This document shows positions 29,719 through 40,159 of a stretch of DNA of 64,000 nt, one piece after another. The stretch is from Candidatus Latescibacterota bacterium (GTDB lineage: Bacteria > Latescibacterota > UBA2968 > UBA8231). Position 1 is the first letter of the stretch; the number at the start of each line of letters is the position of its first letter. The notes below the pieces were generated by a model. It was not told where the DNA came from and did not search any database. It saw only the letters and a program-made list of their open reading frames with translations. The stretch lies in the NCBI GenBank assembly GCA_965219385.1, contig CBDCNM010000002.1:158639-222638 (forward strand). Direction: 5' to 3'. The position numbers were made by a program, and so were the translations under genes.

Positions 29719-30744
29719 ATGAAAGCAGCCTATTACCACGGCGACAAGAAAGTCCAGTTCGGAGAAGGCCAGGTACAGGCACCCCAAGCAGACCAGGTCC
29801 GCATCGAGGTGGCCTACTGCGGGGTGTGCGGCACGGATCTGCACATTTACCTGGGGCACATGGACCAGCGCATCACCTTTCCGCAGGTCATCGGCCACGA
29901 AATGTCTGGCACCATTGCCCAGGTAGGGGCCCAGGTCGAGGGCTGGGAAGTAGGCGATCCGGTGGTGGTCCGTCCCCTCGATCTCTGCGGGACCTGTCCG
30001 GCCTGTTGCGCCGGGCACGCCCATATCTGCCAGAATTTGAATTTCCTGGGGATCGATACCCCGGGCGCCTTTCAGGGGTCCTGGACCGTGCCGGCCTCCA
30101 CCCTGCACCGGCTCCCGCCCGATCTTGCTCTGGACCTGGCCGCTCTGGTCGAACCCCTTGCCGTGGCCTGCCACGACGTGCGTCTGGGCGAGGTCCGGGC
30201 CGGGGATGAGGTGGTGGTGATCGGCGGCGGTCCTATCGGCATGTTGATCGCCCTGGTGGTCCGGCATACGGGCGCAAAGGTCCTGGTTTGCGAGGTGAAC
30301 CCCTTCCGGGTACAGCTGGCGGCGCGCAAACTGGGGCTGGAGGTGGTGGACCCCCGGGAGATCGATCTGGTGGCCCACGTCGAAGAGCGCACCGGCGGGG
30401 CCGGGGCGGACGTGGTCTTCGAGGTGTCGGGCTCGGAGGCCGGGGCCGAGATCATGACGCAGCTGGTGCGCACCCGCGGCCGGATCGTGGTGGTGGCCAT
30501 CTTTGCACAGCCGCCCCGGATAGATTTATTCCGCTTTTTCTGGCGCGAACTCAAGCTGTGCGGGGTGCGGGTCTACGAGCCGGAAGACTATGACAAGGCC
30601 ATTCAACTGGTCGCTGACGGGACCCTGCCGCTGCAAAGCCTGGTCACCCACCGGCGACCCCTGGCGGATTTGCAGGAGGTGTTTCAGCAGATGGAGGAAG
30701 GCGCCGATATCATGAAGGTATTGATCGACACCCGGGGAGAGTGA
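29719..30744 (+). CDS. Zn-dependent alcohol/sugar-acid dehydrogenase
   Basis: CGTD, GHE, CGTCPACCAGHAHIC, GGGPIG. Confidence 0.92.
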   Translation: MKAAYYHGDKKVQFGEGQVQAPQADQVRIEVAYCGVCGTDLHIYLGHMDQRITFPQVIGHEMSGTIAQVGAQVEGWEVGDPVVVRPLDLCGTCPACCAGHAHICQNLNFLGIDTPGAFQGSWTVPASTLHRLPPDLALDLAALVEPLAVACHDVRLGEVRAGDEVVVIGGGPIGMLIALVVRHTGAKVLVCEVNPFRVQLAARKLGLEVVDPREIDLVAHVEERTGGAGADVVFEVSGSEAGAEIMTQLVRTRGRIVVVAIFAQPPRIDLFRFFWRELKLCGVRVYEPEDYDKAIQLVADGTLPLQSLVTHRRPLADLQEVFQQMEEGADIMKVLIDTRGE

Positions 30745-31520
30745 GCGTTATGGGCATTGTAGAACAGTTCAGGATCGACGGCAAGACCGCTCTGGTCACG
30801 GGGTGCAGACGGGGAATCGGCCGGGGGTTTGCCCAGGCCCTGGCCGAGGCCGGCGCCGATATCGTCGGGGTGAGCGCCTCGATGGAAGAGAGCGGCAGCG
30901 AGGTGGAGAAGGACGTGGTGGAACGGGGGAAAAACTTCAGGGGATACGCCTGCGATTTTTCCGACCGCCAGGCCCTGTACGGCTTTATCGAACAGGTCAA
31001 AAAGGATATTCCCCGCATCGACATCCTGGTGAGCAACGCCGGGGTGATCCGGCGCCAGCCCGCGGTGGATCACCCGGATGAATACTGGGACGAGGTCATC
31101 GAGGTCAATCTCAATTCCCACTTTGTCCTGGCCCGGGAGTTCGGCAAGGAGATGATCGAGCAGGGCCAGGGCAAGATCGTCTTCACGGCTTCGCTGCTGA
31201 GTTTTCAGGGCGGCATCACCGTGCCGGGCTATGCGGCCAGCAAGGGAGGAATCGGCACCCTGACCATGGCCCTAGCCAATGAGTGGGCCGGCAAAGGGGT
31301 AAACGTCAATGCCATTGCGCCAGGTTATATCGCCACCGACAACACCGAGGCGCTGCAGCAGGATGCGGCGCGCAGCGAGCAACTCATGGCGCGGGTCCCG
31401 GCCGGCCGCTGGGGCTCGCCGGAGGATCTCAAGGGGGCGGTGGTCTTTTTCAGTGCTCCGGCCTCCAACTTTGTCAATGGCGCCATTCTGGCGGTGGACG
31501 GGGGGTGGATGGGACGGTAG
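30741..31520 (+). CDS. SDR, KduD-like 2-deoxy-D-gluconate 3-dehydrogenase
   Basis: TGCRRGIG, ASLLSFQGGITVPGYAASK, APGYIATDNT. Confidence 0.88.
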   Translation: MSVMGIVEQFRIDGKTALVTGCRRGIGRGFAQALAEAGADIVGVSASMEESGSEVEKDVVERGKNFRGYACDFSDRQALYGFIEQVKKDIPRIDILVSNAGVIRRQPAVDHPDEYWDEVIEVNLNSHFVLAREFGKEMIEQGQGKIVFTASLLSFQGGITVPGYAASKGGIGTLTMALANEWAGKGVNVNAIAPGYIATDNTEALQQDAARSEQLMARVPAGRWGSPEDLKGAVVFFSAPASNFVNGAILAVDGGWMGR

Positions 31521-31575
31521 TGCTTCACGCCGGGTTGCCGGCACTTTCAGGTTCATTTTATCCAGGAGTAGAACA

Positions 31576-32574
31576 ATGGCACAGATTCGCATGGCTCAGT
31601 ACGGGACCAAGCACGGCCACGCAGGTGGCAAGTTTCGGGCAATGCTGGACAATCCAGAGGTGGAAGCAGTGGGGGTCTTCGAGCCGGATCTGCAAAAGCG
31701 GCGGGCACTGGAGGAGATCGAGGGGCCCTTCCAGGGCGCCCGGTTTTTCGATGACAAACGCGAGATCCTGGAGGATGAGAGCATCGTGGCCATCGCCTCC
31801 GAAGGCGGCAACAGCGAGAGCCTGGATCAGACCGAGGAGATCGTGGAGGCGGGCAAGCACGTGTGGTACGACAAGCCCGCCGGGGAGCAGTGGCAGCAGT
31901 GGCAGCGGGTGGTGGGCCGGGCAGGAGAAAAGGGGGTACTGATCCAGATGGGCTACATGTTCCGCTACCACGACGGCTTCCAGCAAATCGCCCGCTGGGC
32001 CCACTCGGGGCTGCTGGGCGGTATCTTTTCGGTGCGCGCCCACATGTCCACTTCGGTTGGCGTGGAAGCCCGCCGACTCATCGGCGGGAATCACCTGGGA
32101 GGAATCTTTTACGACCTGGCCGGCCACATGCTCGACCAGGTGGTCTGGCTTTTGGGCCGGCCCCACAAGGTGACCTCGTTTTTGCGCAACGATACAGGTC
32201 TGGTACCCGAATTCACGGACAACAATCTGGGGGTATTCGAGTACGAGAATGCCCTGGCCCTCGTAGATATCGCCGCCATGGAGACCCCGCCCGTGGCGCG
32301 GCGTTTCGAGGTCTACGGCACCCGGGGCAGCGCCGTCATGGAACCCATGGAGCCGGCCACCCGGATACGGCTGTGCCTGGTAGAAGCCCAGGAGGGGTAC
32401 GCGGCGGGCGAGCAGTTTGTTCCCCTGGAGGGCCGCTCGCGGCAGGAACTTTACGAGCACGAGCTGGTCGCCTTCCTGGCCACCATCCGGGGTGAGCAGG
32501 AGCGGGACCGGCCCGAGAAGCACGAGTTGCTGGTCCAGGAGACCTTGCTGCGCTCTACAGGGGTGTTGGCCTAG
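31576..32574 (+). CDS. Gfo/Idh/MocA oxidoreductase
   Basis: RBS aggag before ATG 31576; GKHVWYDKP, DLAGHMLD. Confidence 0.85.
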   Translation: MAQIRMAQYGTKHGHAGGKFRAMLDNPEVEAVGVFEPDLQKRRALEEIEGPFQGARFFDDKREILEDESIVAIASEGGNSESLDQTEEIVEAGKHVWYDKPAGEQWQQWQRVVGRAGEKGVLIQMGYMFRYHDGFQQIARWAHSGLLGGIFSVRAHMSTSVGVEARRLIGGNHLGGIFYDLAGHMLDQVVWLLGRPHKVTSFLRNDTGLVPEFTDNNLGVFEYENALALVDIAAMETPPVARRFEVYGTRGSAVMEPMEPATRIRLCLVEAQEGYAAGEQFVPLEGRSRQELYEHELVAFLATIRGEQERDRPEKHELLVQETLLRSTGVLA

Positions 32575-32577
32575 AAG

Positions 32578-34482
32578 CTATTCCTTGTTCTGGGGATAGC
32601 CCAGCGCCGCAAAGGCTTCGGTGATTTCGTCCAGGACGGCGGGATCGTCGATGGTAGCCGGGATGGTGTATTCGACCCCGCTGGCAATCTTTTTCATGGT
32701 GCCACGCAAAATCTTGCCCGAACGGGTTTTGGGCAGGTGCTCGACCACGGTGGCCACCTTGAAGGAGGCCACCGGGCCGATTCTTTTGCGGATCATCTGG
32801 ATCAGTTCCGGGGCGATTTCCTCCCCGCTGCGTTCCACTCCTGCCTTGAGGACGACCGCGCCGAGCGGGACCTCGCCCTTGATCGGGTCGGCCACGCCCA
32901 CCACTGCGCACTCGGCCACGTCGGGATGGGACGAGAGCACTTCCTCCATCCCCCCGGTGGAGAGGCGATGCCCGGCCACATTGATGATATCGTCGGTGCG
33001 GCTCATGATCCACAGATAGCCGTCCTCGTCCTTGTAGCCGGCATCCGCTGTCAGGTAATAGCCTGGATAGGTGCCGAGATAGGCGTTGTGGTAGCCCTGA
33101 TCGTTGTTCCACAAAGTCGGCAGGCACCCCGGGGGCAGGGGGAGCTTGATGACGATGTTGCCGATCTGGTCCGCCGGCACTTCCCGGCCGCTATCGTCCA
33201 GCACCTGGACATCGTAGCCGGGAACGGGGCTGGCGCAGGAGCCCGGTTTTATCGGAGACATGCCCAAACCTACACAGTTGGCACCCACGGCCCAGCCGGT
33301 TTCGGTCTGCCACCAGTGGTCTATGACCGGAACCTCGAGTTGGCCCCGGGCCCATTCGAGGGTATCGGGATCGCAACGCTCACCGGCCAGGAAGAGCATG
33401 CGGAAGTTTTCGAGGTCGTACTTGCGTATATAGGCCCCATGGGGGTCTTCGCGTTTGACGGCCCGAAAGACCGTGGGAGCAGTAAACAGGACGCAAACCC
33501 CGTGCTGGGAGATGAGGCGCCAGAACGCGCCGGGGTCGGGGGTGCCGATGGGCTTGCCCTCGTAGAGGACGGTGGTACAGCCTTTGAAGAGCGGGCCATA
33601 GACGATATAGGAATGGCCCACGGCCCAGCCCAGATCGGAGGCGGCCCAGTAGACCTCGCCCTCATCCACGCCGTACACGTTTTTCATGCTCCACTTGAGG
33701 GCGACCAGGTGGCCTCCGTTATCGCGCACCACGCCCTTGGGGGCGCCGGTGGTGCCCGAAGTGTAGAGGATGTAGAGGGGATCGGTGGCGGCGACCGGTA
33801 CGCAATCCACCGGTTCGGCCTGCGCCATCAGTGCGGTCCAGTCCAGGTCGCGGCCGGGGACCATGGAGGCTCCTGCCTGGGGGCGCTGGAGAATGATGGT
33901 GTGCGCCGGTTTTGCGGCGGAAAGATGGATCGCTTCGTCGAGCAAGGGTTTGTAGGGAATCACCCGGTCCACTTCGATGCCGCAGGAGGCCGAGACGATC
34001 AGCTTTGGTCTGGCATCGTTGATGCGGGTGGATAATTCCCTGGGAGCAAAACCCCCGAAGACCACCGAATGGACCGCCCCGATGCGGGCGCAGGCCAGCA
34101 TCGCGACCACGGCTTCGGGCACCATGGGCATGTAGATCACCACCCGGTCGCCTTTGTCGACGCCCTGGCGGGTGAGGACACCGGCAAAACGGGCTACCTG
34201 GTCGAGCAACTGGCGATAGGTGAAGGTCTGGATGGTGCCGGTGACCGGACTGTCGTAGATGAGAGCGGTTTGATCCGCCCGTCCGGTGGCCACGTGCAGG
34301 TCGAGGGCGTTGTAGCAGGTGTTGACCACGCCGCCTGTGAACCACCGGTGGAAGGGCTGGCGCGAGGTATCCAGGACCTTTTCCCACTTCTCGTACCAGT
34401 GGATATCTTCGGCGGCCTCGGCCCAGAAACCCTCCGGGTCGTCGAGCGCGCGTTTGTAGGCGTTTTCGTAATCGCTGGACAT
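32578..34482 (-). CDS. prpE: Propionyl-CoA synthetase
   Basis: YTSGTTGAPKG, DHWWQTETG, NVAGHRLST, LPKTRSGKILR. Confidence 0.88.
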   Translation of the reverse strand: MSSDYENAYKRALDDPEGFWAEAAEDIHWYEKWEKVLDTSRQPFHRWFTGGVVNTCYNALDLHVATGRADQTALIYDSPVTGTIQTFTYRQLLDQVARFAGVLTRQGVDKGDRVVIYMPMVPEAVVAMLACARIGAVHSVVFGGFAPRELSTRINDARPKLIVSASCGIEVDRVIPYKPLLDEAIHLSAAKPAHTIILQRPQAGASMVPGRDLDWTALMAQAEPVDCVPVAATDPLYILYTSGTTGAPKGVVRDNGGHLVALKWSMKNVYGVDEGEVYWAASDLGWAVGHSYIVYGPLFKGCTTVLYEGKPIGTPDPGAFWRLISQHGVCVLFTAPTVFRAVKREDPHGAYIRKYDLENFRMLFLAGERCDPDTLEWARGQLEVPVIDHWWQTETGWAVGANCVGLGMSPIKPGSCASPVPGYDVQVLDDSGREVPADQIGNIVIKLPLPPGCLPTLWNNDQGYHNAYLGTYPGYYLTADAGYKDEDGYLWIMSRTDDIINVAGHRLSTGGMEEVLSSHPDVAECAVVGVADPIKGEVPLGAVVLKAGVERSGEEIAPELIQMIRKRIGPVASFKVATVVEHLPKTRSGKILRGTMKKIASGVEYTIPATIDDPAVLDEITEAFAALGYPQNKE

Positions 34483-34518
34483 AGGGTTGACCTTTCGCCT
34501 TCGGGTTCGCTGCAAGAG

Positions 34519-35625
34519 CTAGGTCGCCTGCTGCTGCCGGCGAATGCGCGCGGGCACGGTATCATCGCGGATCTCCGCGGAGAGGATGCCCAGGCCGCGG
34601 TCTTCGAGCGGCAGGTACACCCTGACGCCGCCGCGGCGGTGGGATTCGCGCAGGGCAAGGGCGATTTCAAGGGCTTTGAGCCCGTCCTCGCCCGAACACC
34701 TGGGCCGGCGGCCGGTCTCGATGCCGGCGATCAAGTCCTCCACGATGGTCAGGCCCATGCCCTGCATGTGCTTGGGCCAGGGGAAGGGGACCCTGGCCGG
34801 CAGGCCGCGGTTGCGGGGACCTCCGGGCTGCCGGCGGGTCAGTTCGAATTCCAGGGCGCCGGCTAGGGAGCGCACCCGGCCCTTTTCGCCGATCGCGTCG
34901 AACTCCCAGCCGGTGACGCCGCAGGGCAGGGCCCGCAGGTAGCAGCGCACATCGTTGTCAAAGGCCAGGTAGCCGTTGCCCATCAGGTCGTTTTCACCGG
35001 CGGCCGCCTCGTCCGATTCCATCTCGCCGAAGACCCACTCCACATCGCCTCCGGCCAGGTAGCGCAGGGTGTCGATCAGGTGGCTGCCGTTGTGGGACAG
35101 GCCGCACTGGGCGTAGGCGGTCACCTGGAGGAGCTGGCCGAGTTCGCCTTCCTGGATCAGGCGCCGGGCCTCGGAAAAAAGGGGATTCCAGCGGCGGGCG
35201 CAGTTGATGGCCAGGACCACGTTCTCCTGGCGGCAGACCTGGACCATGGCATCGGCTTCTTCAAGGGTCAGGGCAATGGGTTTTTCGGCCCAGATGGCTT
35301 TGACGCCGGCGCGGGCCGCGTCCTGCACGATCCGGGCGCGCACCCGGGCGGTGGTGCACACGCTGACCAGGTCCAGGTCCTCCTTTTCCAGCATTTCCCG
35401 GTAGTCGCGGTAGAGGTTTTCCGGGCTCAGGCCCCAGCGCTCGGCAAAGATGGATCGCTGCTCGTCGTGGGGATCGGCGCCGGCTACCAGTTCGCCGTGG
35501 GGGGAGGCGTGGTAGCTGGGGGCGTGGCAGTAGGGCAGGAAGATGGAACCACCCTGGGTCATTTCGTCGTCAAAGGTGCTGCCCATGCGGCCGAGGCCGA
35601 TGACAGCGGCGCGGTAGGTCGGCAT
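34519..35625 (-). CDS. Gfo/Idh/MocA oxidoreductase
   Basis: AVIGLGRMG, AEKP, HNGSHLID. Confidence 0.9.
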   Translation of the reverse strand: MPTYRAAVIGLGRMGSTFDDEMTQGGSIFLPYCHAPSYHASPHGELVAGADPHDEQRSIFAERWGLSPENLYRDYREMLEKEDLDLVSVCTTARVRARIVQDAARAGVKAIWAEKPIALTLEEADAMVQVCRQENVVLAINCARRWNPLFSEARRLIQEGELGQLLQVTAYAQCGLSHNGSHLIDTLRYLAGGDVEWVFGEMESDEAAAGENDLMGNGYLAFDNDVRCYLRALPCGVTGWEFDAIGEKGRVRSLAGALEFELTRRQPGGPRNRGLPARVPFPWPKHMQGMGLTIVEDLIAGIETGRRPRCSGEDGLKALEIALALRESHRRGGVRVYLPLEDRGLGILSAEIRDDTVPARIRRQQQAT

Positions 35626-35639
35626 AGCTTTCTCCTGAT

Positions 35640-35668
35640 TTGACAGGGGGGTCGAGATTGTGTATATG
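35640..35668 (+). promoter_or_regulatory. Sigma70-like promoter
   Basis: TTGACA-17 nt-TATATG upstream of the deacetylase gene. Confidence 0.55.
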
Positions 35669-35729
35669 GATTCTCAATGTAAGATTTTTCAGACCGGCTT
35701 TGCAAGGTTTATTCCCGAACCGAGGTGTA

Positions 35730-36644
35730 GTGGAAGTGTTTGTCCCGGTTGTGTACCACCCCGATTACTACTCGGATATAGGGGATCACGTCTTTCCCAC
35801 CGAGAAATTCGCGTTGATTTACGAGGAGTTAAAGAAGCAGGTCGAGGATTTTGAGCCGCATGTACAGCGCCCGAGTCCGGCCAGCCGGGAGCAGGTTTCG
35901 AGGGTGCATACGCGGGCTTACCTGGACGACCTGGACGGAGATCAACACACCTTTCGCACCTATCCTGCGGAACTGCCACTTACAAAGCAAATCGTCGCGG
36001 CGTATTATCTCATGACCGGGGGTACCTGCCTGGCGGCGCAACAGGCTCTGGAGCACGGCTGTGCCCTGAATCTGGGGGGCGGATTCCACCATGCTTTTGC
36101 GGATCGGGCCGAGGGGTTTTGTTATATCAACGATGTGGCGGTGGCCATCAGGGAGGTCATGGCGGCGGATAGGGGAAAAAGGGTCGTTGAACGGGCCGCC
36201 GTGATCGATGTGGATCTGCACCAGGGGAACGGGACGGCGCACATCTTCCTGAGCGATCCGCGGGTTTTCACCTTTTCGATCCACCAGGAAAACAACTACC
36301 CCGTAAAGCAAAAGAGCGATGTGGATATAGGGCTGGTGGACGGCGTTGGCGACGAGGAGTACCTGAGCCGTCTCGAAGAAGCCCTGAAAACCATTTTCTC
36401 CGGCTTCAGGCCGGAGTTCGTGGTGTACGTGGGCGGGGTGGATCCCTACGAGCAGGACCAGCTTGGCGGGCTGCGGCTCACCAAGGAAGGCGTGAGGAAG
36501 AGGGATTCAATGGTTTTCACCTATTGCCGCGAAAACAGGGTGCCGGTGACCGCGGTTCTGGCCGGAGGTTATGCCCGGCAGGTGCGGGACACGGTCGAGA
36601 TGCACGTGAACACCGGCCTGGAGCTGGATTCGGTTTTTGGCTGA
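35730..36644 (+). CDS. Histone deacetylase family protein (start approximate)
   Basis: HVFPTEKF, GGFHHA, GFCYIND, DVDLHQGNGT, GGY. Confidence 0.92.
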   Translation: MEVFVPVVYHPDYYSDIGDHVFPTEKFALIYEELKKQVEDFEPHVQRPSPASREQVSRVHTRAYLDDLDGDQHTFRTYPAELPLTKQIVAAYYLMTGGTCLAAQQALEHGCALNLGGGFHHAFADRAEGFCYINDVAVAIREVMAADRGKRVVERAAVIDVDLHQGNGTAHIFLSDPRVFTFSIHQENNYPVKQKSDVDIGLVDGVGDEEYLSRLEEALKTIFSGFRPEFVVYVGGVDPYEQDQLGGLRLTKEGVRKRDSMVFTYCRENRVPVTAVLAGGYARQVRDTVEMHVNTGLELDSVFG

Positions 36645-36731
36645 AAGTCAGTACTGCACGAAATACCCGTAGCTATTTGGACCTCAAGCCCCTCCCGGCC
36701 GCGCGCCGATTCCGTGAAGTACTGTAGGATT

Positions 36732-37712
36732 CTACTTTTCGAGGTAGCGGCTGATGCCCCGGGCAATGGCCGCGGCCATATCGCGCCGGTTTTTTTCCGC
36801 GGCGAGGATATCCATGTCCTCCTTGCTGGTCATGCGTCCCAACTCGATGAGCACAGCCGGCATCTGCGCAATGCCGAGGTACCACAGATCCCTGCCGTAA
36901 ATGCCTTCCAGGGGTATCCTGTCTTCGAGGGTTTCCAGCACTTTGTTTATTGCCTGGGCAAGTAAAAGGCTATTACCGGAGGGAGGGGAGCGGTACTGGC
37001 GGTCGTGCACCTCGGATTGGCCGGGGTGGTACACAAACATCAAACGGCCGCGCTTGTCCGCGTGGTTTATGGCATCCGCGTGGATGATCAGGGCGATGTC
37101 GGCCCCGGCCTGGTTGGCCAGTTCGGCCCGGCCCAGGATGTTTTCCAGAGCGGCGATTTTGTCCACTGCCGCAGAGGAATCCTCGGCGGCAGTGTAGATC
37201 AGGTCAATGGGGATTTTGTTGTAGGGGTTTCTCTGTTTGGCCCGTTCCACGAGGCGGGTCATTTCAGGGGGTTCCAGGAAGATTTTTGTGGTCTTTCCCT
37301 GGTGGTAGGATTCGCGGTAGCTTATCTGGCGATCTTCCCGATAGTAGCGGTTGATTCGGGTCAGTACCACTTTGGCGCCGGCTTTTTCGAGGACGGCGGC
37401 CAGCTTCAGGACCAGGTTCTGGTTGAGCCGGTACTCGGGTATGGCGCCCTGGTAGGGTCCGTCCGCGATGGCCAGGGGGTTTTCCGGGTAGGGGAGTCTG
37501 ATGTCGTAAAAAAAGGAACTGCGGCCGCTGGCCAGCCACGGGCAACGGCTGCAATGGGGGGATGCATAGGACTGCTCGTGGCCGGCGTCCAGGGCAATGG
37601 TGCGGCCTTTTAGTTTTTCCGCATAGGAGTCGGCGGGTTCCGCAGCGTGGAGGGCGGGGCAGAGGGTGGATAACATCAGGATGGTTCTGCCAGACCACTT
37701 GGTAGCTTTCAA
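36732..37712 (-). CDS. N-acetylmuramoyl-L-alanine amidase (Amidase_3), secreted
   Basis: TTG start with ggagg RBS and signal peptide; LDAGH, E..LN, IHAD, PAVLIELG. Confidence 0.8.
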   Translation of the reverse strand: MKATKWSGRTILMLSTLCPALHAAEPADSYAEKLKGRTIALDAGHEQSYASPHCSRCPWLASGRSSFFYDIRLPYPENPLAIADGPYQGAIPEYRLNQNLVLKLAAVLEKAGAKVVLTRINRYYREDRQISYRESYHQGKTTKIFLEPPEMTRLVERAKQRNPYNKIPIDLIYTAAEDSSAAVDKIAALENILGRAELANQAGADIALIIHADAINHADKRGRLMFVYHPGQSEVHDRQYRSPPSGNSLLLAQAINKVLETLEDRIPLEGIYGRDLWYLGIAQMPAVLIELGRMTSKEDMDILAAEKNRRDMAAAIARGISRYLEK

Positions 37713-37983
37713 TGGATAGACCTCCGGAGAGTCCGGTATCGGTACTTCAAGCAATCGGCGGTCGGCCGTGCAGGGATTGTGCCTCTGGCGTTTGGTGATG
37801 CCCAGGGAGCTCTGCCCCGTCCCAGAGCCCCTTTTCCCCCGACCACTCCCCCCACCAAACGCTGCCGGCAAAATCCCCTCCCGGCCTTGAGACGCATTTG
37901 GTTGCGGTATTTCGTGTTGAACTGACAGCCAACCTTCTATATTATAAGATCCTGAAATTCACTGTTTTTCGACAGGGGGAAAA

Positions 37984-40062
37984 ATGGCAGAGTATCCGCG
38001 ATTGCTTGAAGCCGGGAACGCGGGCGATGGCGCGCCGCTGGTACTGGGGGATCCGGAAGTGGTCGGCGACCTGTTTGTGCAGAACGGCTACATCACCGTA
38101 CTCGACTGGGATGGGGACGGCCAAAAGGAGGTGATGGATACCGGCGCCGGCATTTTCACCTTCAAATTCGAGGGCAGTATTGCGGACGGCACGCCCCTGG
38201 TCGACCGCGGACTGCGCTGGGGCACCATGTCGCGCTCGCACCAGCGCGACGAGAACGACTCGGGACTATGCGGCAAACTGGTGGTGGCCGGCGACTTTGA
38301 CGGGGATGGGCACCCCGAAATAGTGCTTGGACCGCGGGGGTACTCCAAGGCCCCGGTCGTGGTCTTCAGCCTGAAGGATGGGCCGCCCCGGGCGCGCTCT
38401 GAAGGGGTTGGGCTCAGCATCGTGGATCCAAACCTGCCCGAGGGGGAGGACGCCATGGCCAAGTGGGGCGGGGCGTGGATGGCGGCTTTTGATTGGGACG
38501 GCGATGGGCGGCTGGATCTGGTCGCGGCCCTGCTCGACAACCAGGGCTACAACTACATTGACCCGGAGACCGGGGCCACCCCCGAGGACCAGCGGGAGCG
38601 CTACAACCGGGACGGTACCTGGAAGGGGAATCTGGGCCGGTGGACACTGCACTGTCTGCGTAACACCGGGACGGCCGGGCGACCAGAGTTTACCTGGGCC
38701 GGGCAGCTGGGACAGGTGCCGTTCCAGGATGGAGGACCGCTCGCGGCCGTGGATCCGGAAGACCCTGGAGCCGGGCTCTTGATGCTGGGCTATTACGGGG
38801 ATCTATGGTATTGGCCCCTGATCCAGGCCGGCGAGTCCCCGCAATGGGGCGCGCCCGAGGAACTGGTCTCCTTGCACGGAGGGCCGTTCTCCAGGACCAC
38901 CAATATGTCCTACGGCATGGCGGTGGCGGCTATTGACCAGCAAGGGCGGCCGGATTTATTCGCCAGCGATATCGCCTGGAACGTGGTCTGGTGCCGCTAC
39001 CTGGGCAAGGACGGCCAGGGCCGGCCCATCTACGACACCCCGAAGAAGATCAAACAACGCGACCCGCACGTAAACGGCGGGCAGTTCAGCGTGCCCACGG
39101 CCGGCGATTTGCGCGGCACGGGGAGGGCGGATCTGGTGGTCGGTGCCATCGAAGGCTACGTGTTCTGGTACAGAGTCCTGTCGACGGATCCGCTGCGCTT
39201 TGCCCCGCCCGAGCGTTTGCGGGCGGGGGGCGAGGAGATCCGGCGGCTGGCCAGGCCCAACCCGTCGGCCGGATACCACTGGGGCAGTTCGCAGGGACCG
39301 GGGGATGGGTTCAACGGCGGGTACAGCAACCCGGTTCTGGCGGACTGGAACGGCAATGGTCTGCTCGACCTGGTGATCGGCGATATGTGCGGGCTCTTCG
39401 ACTGGTACCCCAACCGGGGCAGCAAGACACAGCCGCGCTTTGACCCGCCCCACCGGTTGCGGGTGGGGGATGAGCCCCTCTTTGGACCGTGGCGGGTGCA
39501 GCCCGGGGTAGGGGATTTCGGCGGCGATGGGTTGCCGGATATCGTCACCATGGATCTGGATCTGGATTTGGCGCTCTACCGCCGGGTGGGAGGAGAGGAT
39601 TTGTCGGTCCTGAAGCCCGGGGAGAAGCTCAGGTACGAGGACGGCGAGACCATCAAGACCCACGGGGGGTACACCCCGGCGGGAGGGGATGGCCGGGGGC
39701 GGACCAAGATCCAGGTGGTGGACTGGGATGGGGACGGCCGGCTCGACTTGGTGCTGGGGGTGGGGCCCCAGCCGGGCAGTAGCTTCAAGAGCAGTTATGT
39801 GCTGCTGTGCCGCAATGCGGGCAGCAATCGAGAGCCGGTTTTCCAGCGGCCCCAGGTCCTGCTGTTCGGCCGGGAGGGCCGTCCCCTCGAATTCTGGCGG
39901 CACGGGGCGCATCCGACCCTGGTGGACTGGGATGGGGACGGCCGGTGGGAGGTTGTGGTGGGAGCGGATATGGGGTTTATATGGTATTTCAAGCCCGAGC
40001 ACTTCGGGGCGCCGGATGGCGTCTTCGAGATCTTTCGCGACCCGGATGACCCCATCTTGTAG
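37984..40062 (+). CDS. FG-GAP/VCBS repeat protein
   Basis: Many D-W/F-D-G-D-G-x-x-D-L-V repeats. Confidence 0.88.
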   Translation: MAEYPRLLEAGNAGDGAPLVLGDPEVVGDLFVQNGYITVLDWDGDGQKEVMDTGAGIFTFKFEGSIADGTPLVDRGLRWGTMSRSHQRDENDSGLCGKLVVAGDFDGDGHPEIVLGPRGYSKAPVVVFSLKDGPPRARSEGVGLSIVDPNLPEGEDAMAKWGGAWMAAFDWDGDGRLDLVAALLDNQGYNYIDPETGATPEDQRERYNRDGTWKGNLGRWTLHCLRNTGTAGRPEFTWAGQLGQVPFQDGGPLAAVDPEDPGAGLLMLGYYGDLWYWPLIQAGESPQWGAPEELVSLHGGPFSRTTNMSYGMAVAAIDQQGRPDLFASDIAWNVVWCRYLGKDGQGRPIYDTPKKIKQRDPHVNGGQFSVPTAGDLRGTGRADLVVGAIEGYVFWYRVLSTDPLRFAPPERLRAGGEEIRRLARPNPSAGYHWGSSQGPGDGFNGGYSNPVLADWNGNGLLDLVIGDMCGLFDWYPNRGSKTQPRFDPPHRLRVGDEPLFGPWRVQPGVGDFGGDGLPDIVTMDLDLDLALYRRVGGEDLSVLKPGEKLRYEDGETIKTHGGYTPAGGDGRGRTKIQVVDWDGDGRLDLVLGVGPQPGSSFKSSYVLLCRNAGSNREPVFQRPQVLLFGREGRPLEFWRHGAHPTLVDWDGDGRWEVVVGADMGFIWYFKPEHFGAPDGVFEIFRDPDDPIL

Positions 40063-40159
40063 GAAGCTGGAACGACGGTATCATGGGTCGAGGTGAATGG
40101 GGTCCGGAAATATCGGTATGCGCCATGCTGCGAAAAGCTTGGAAGCGAGATAAAAGAAT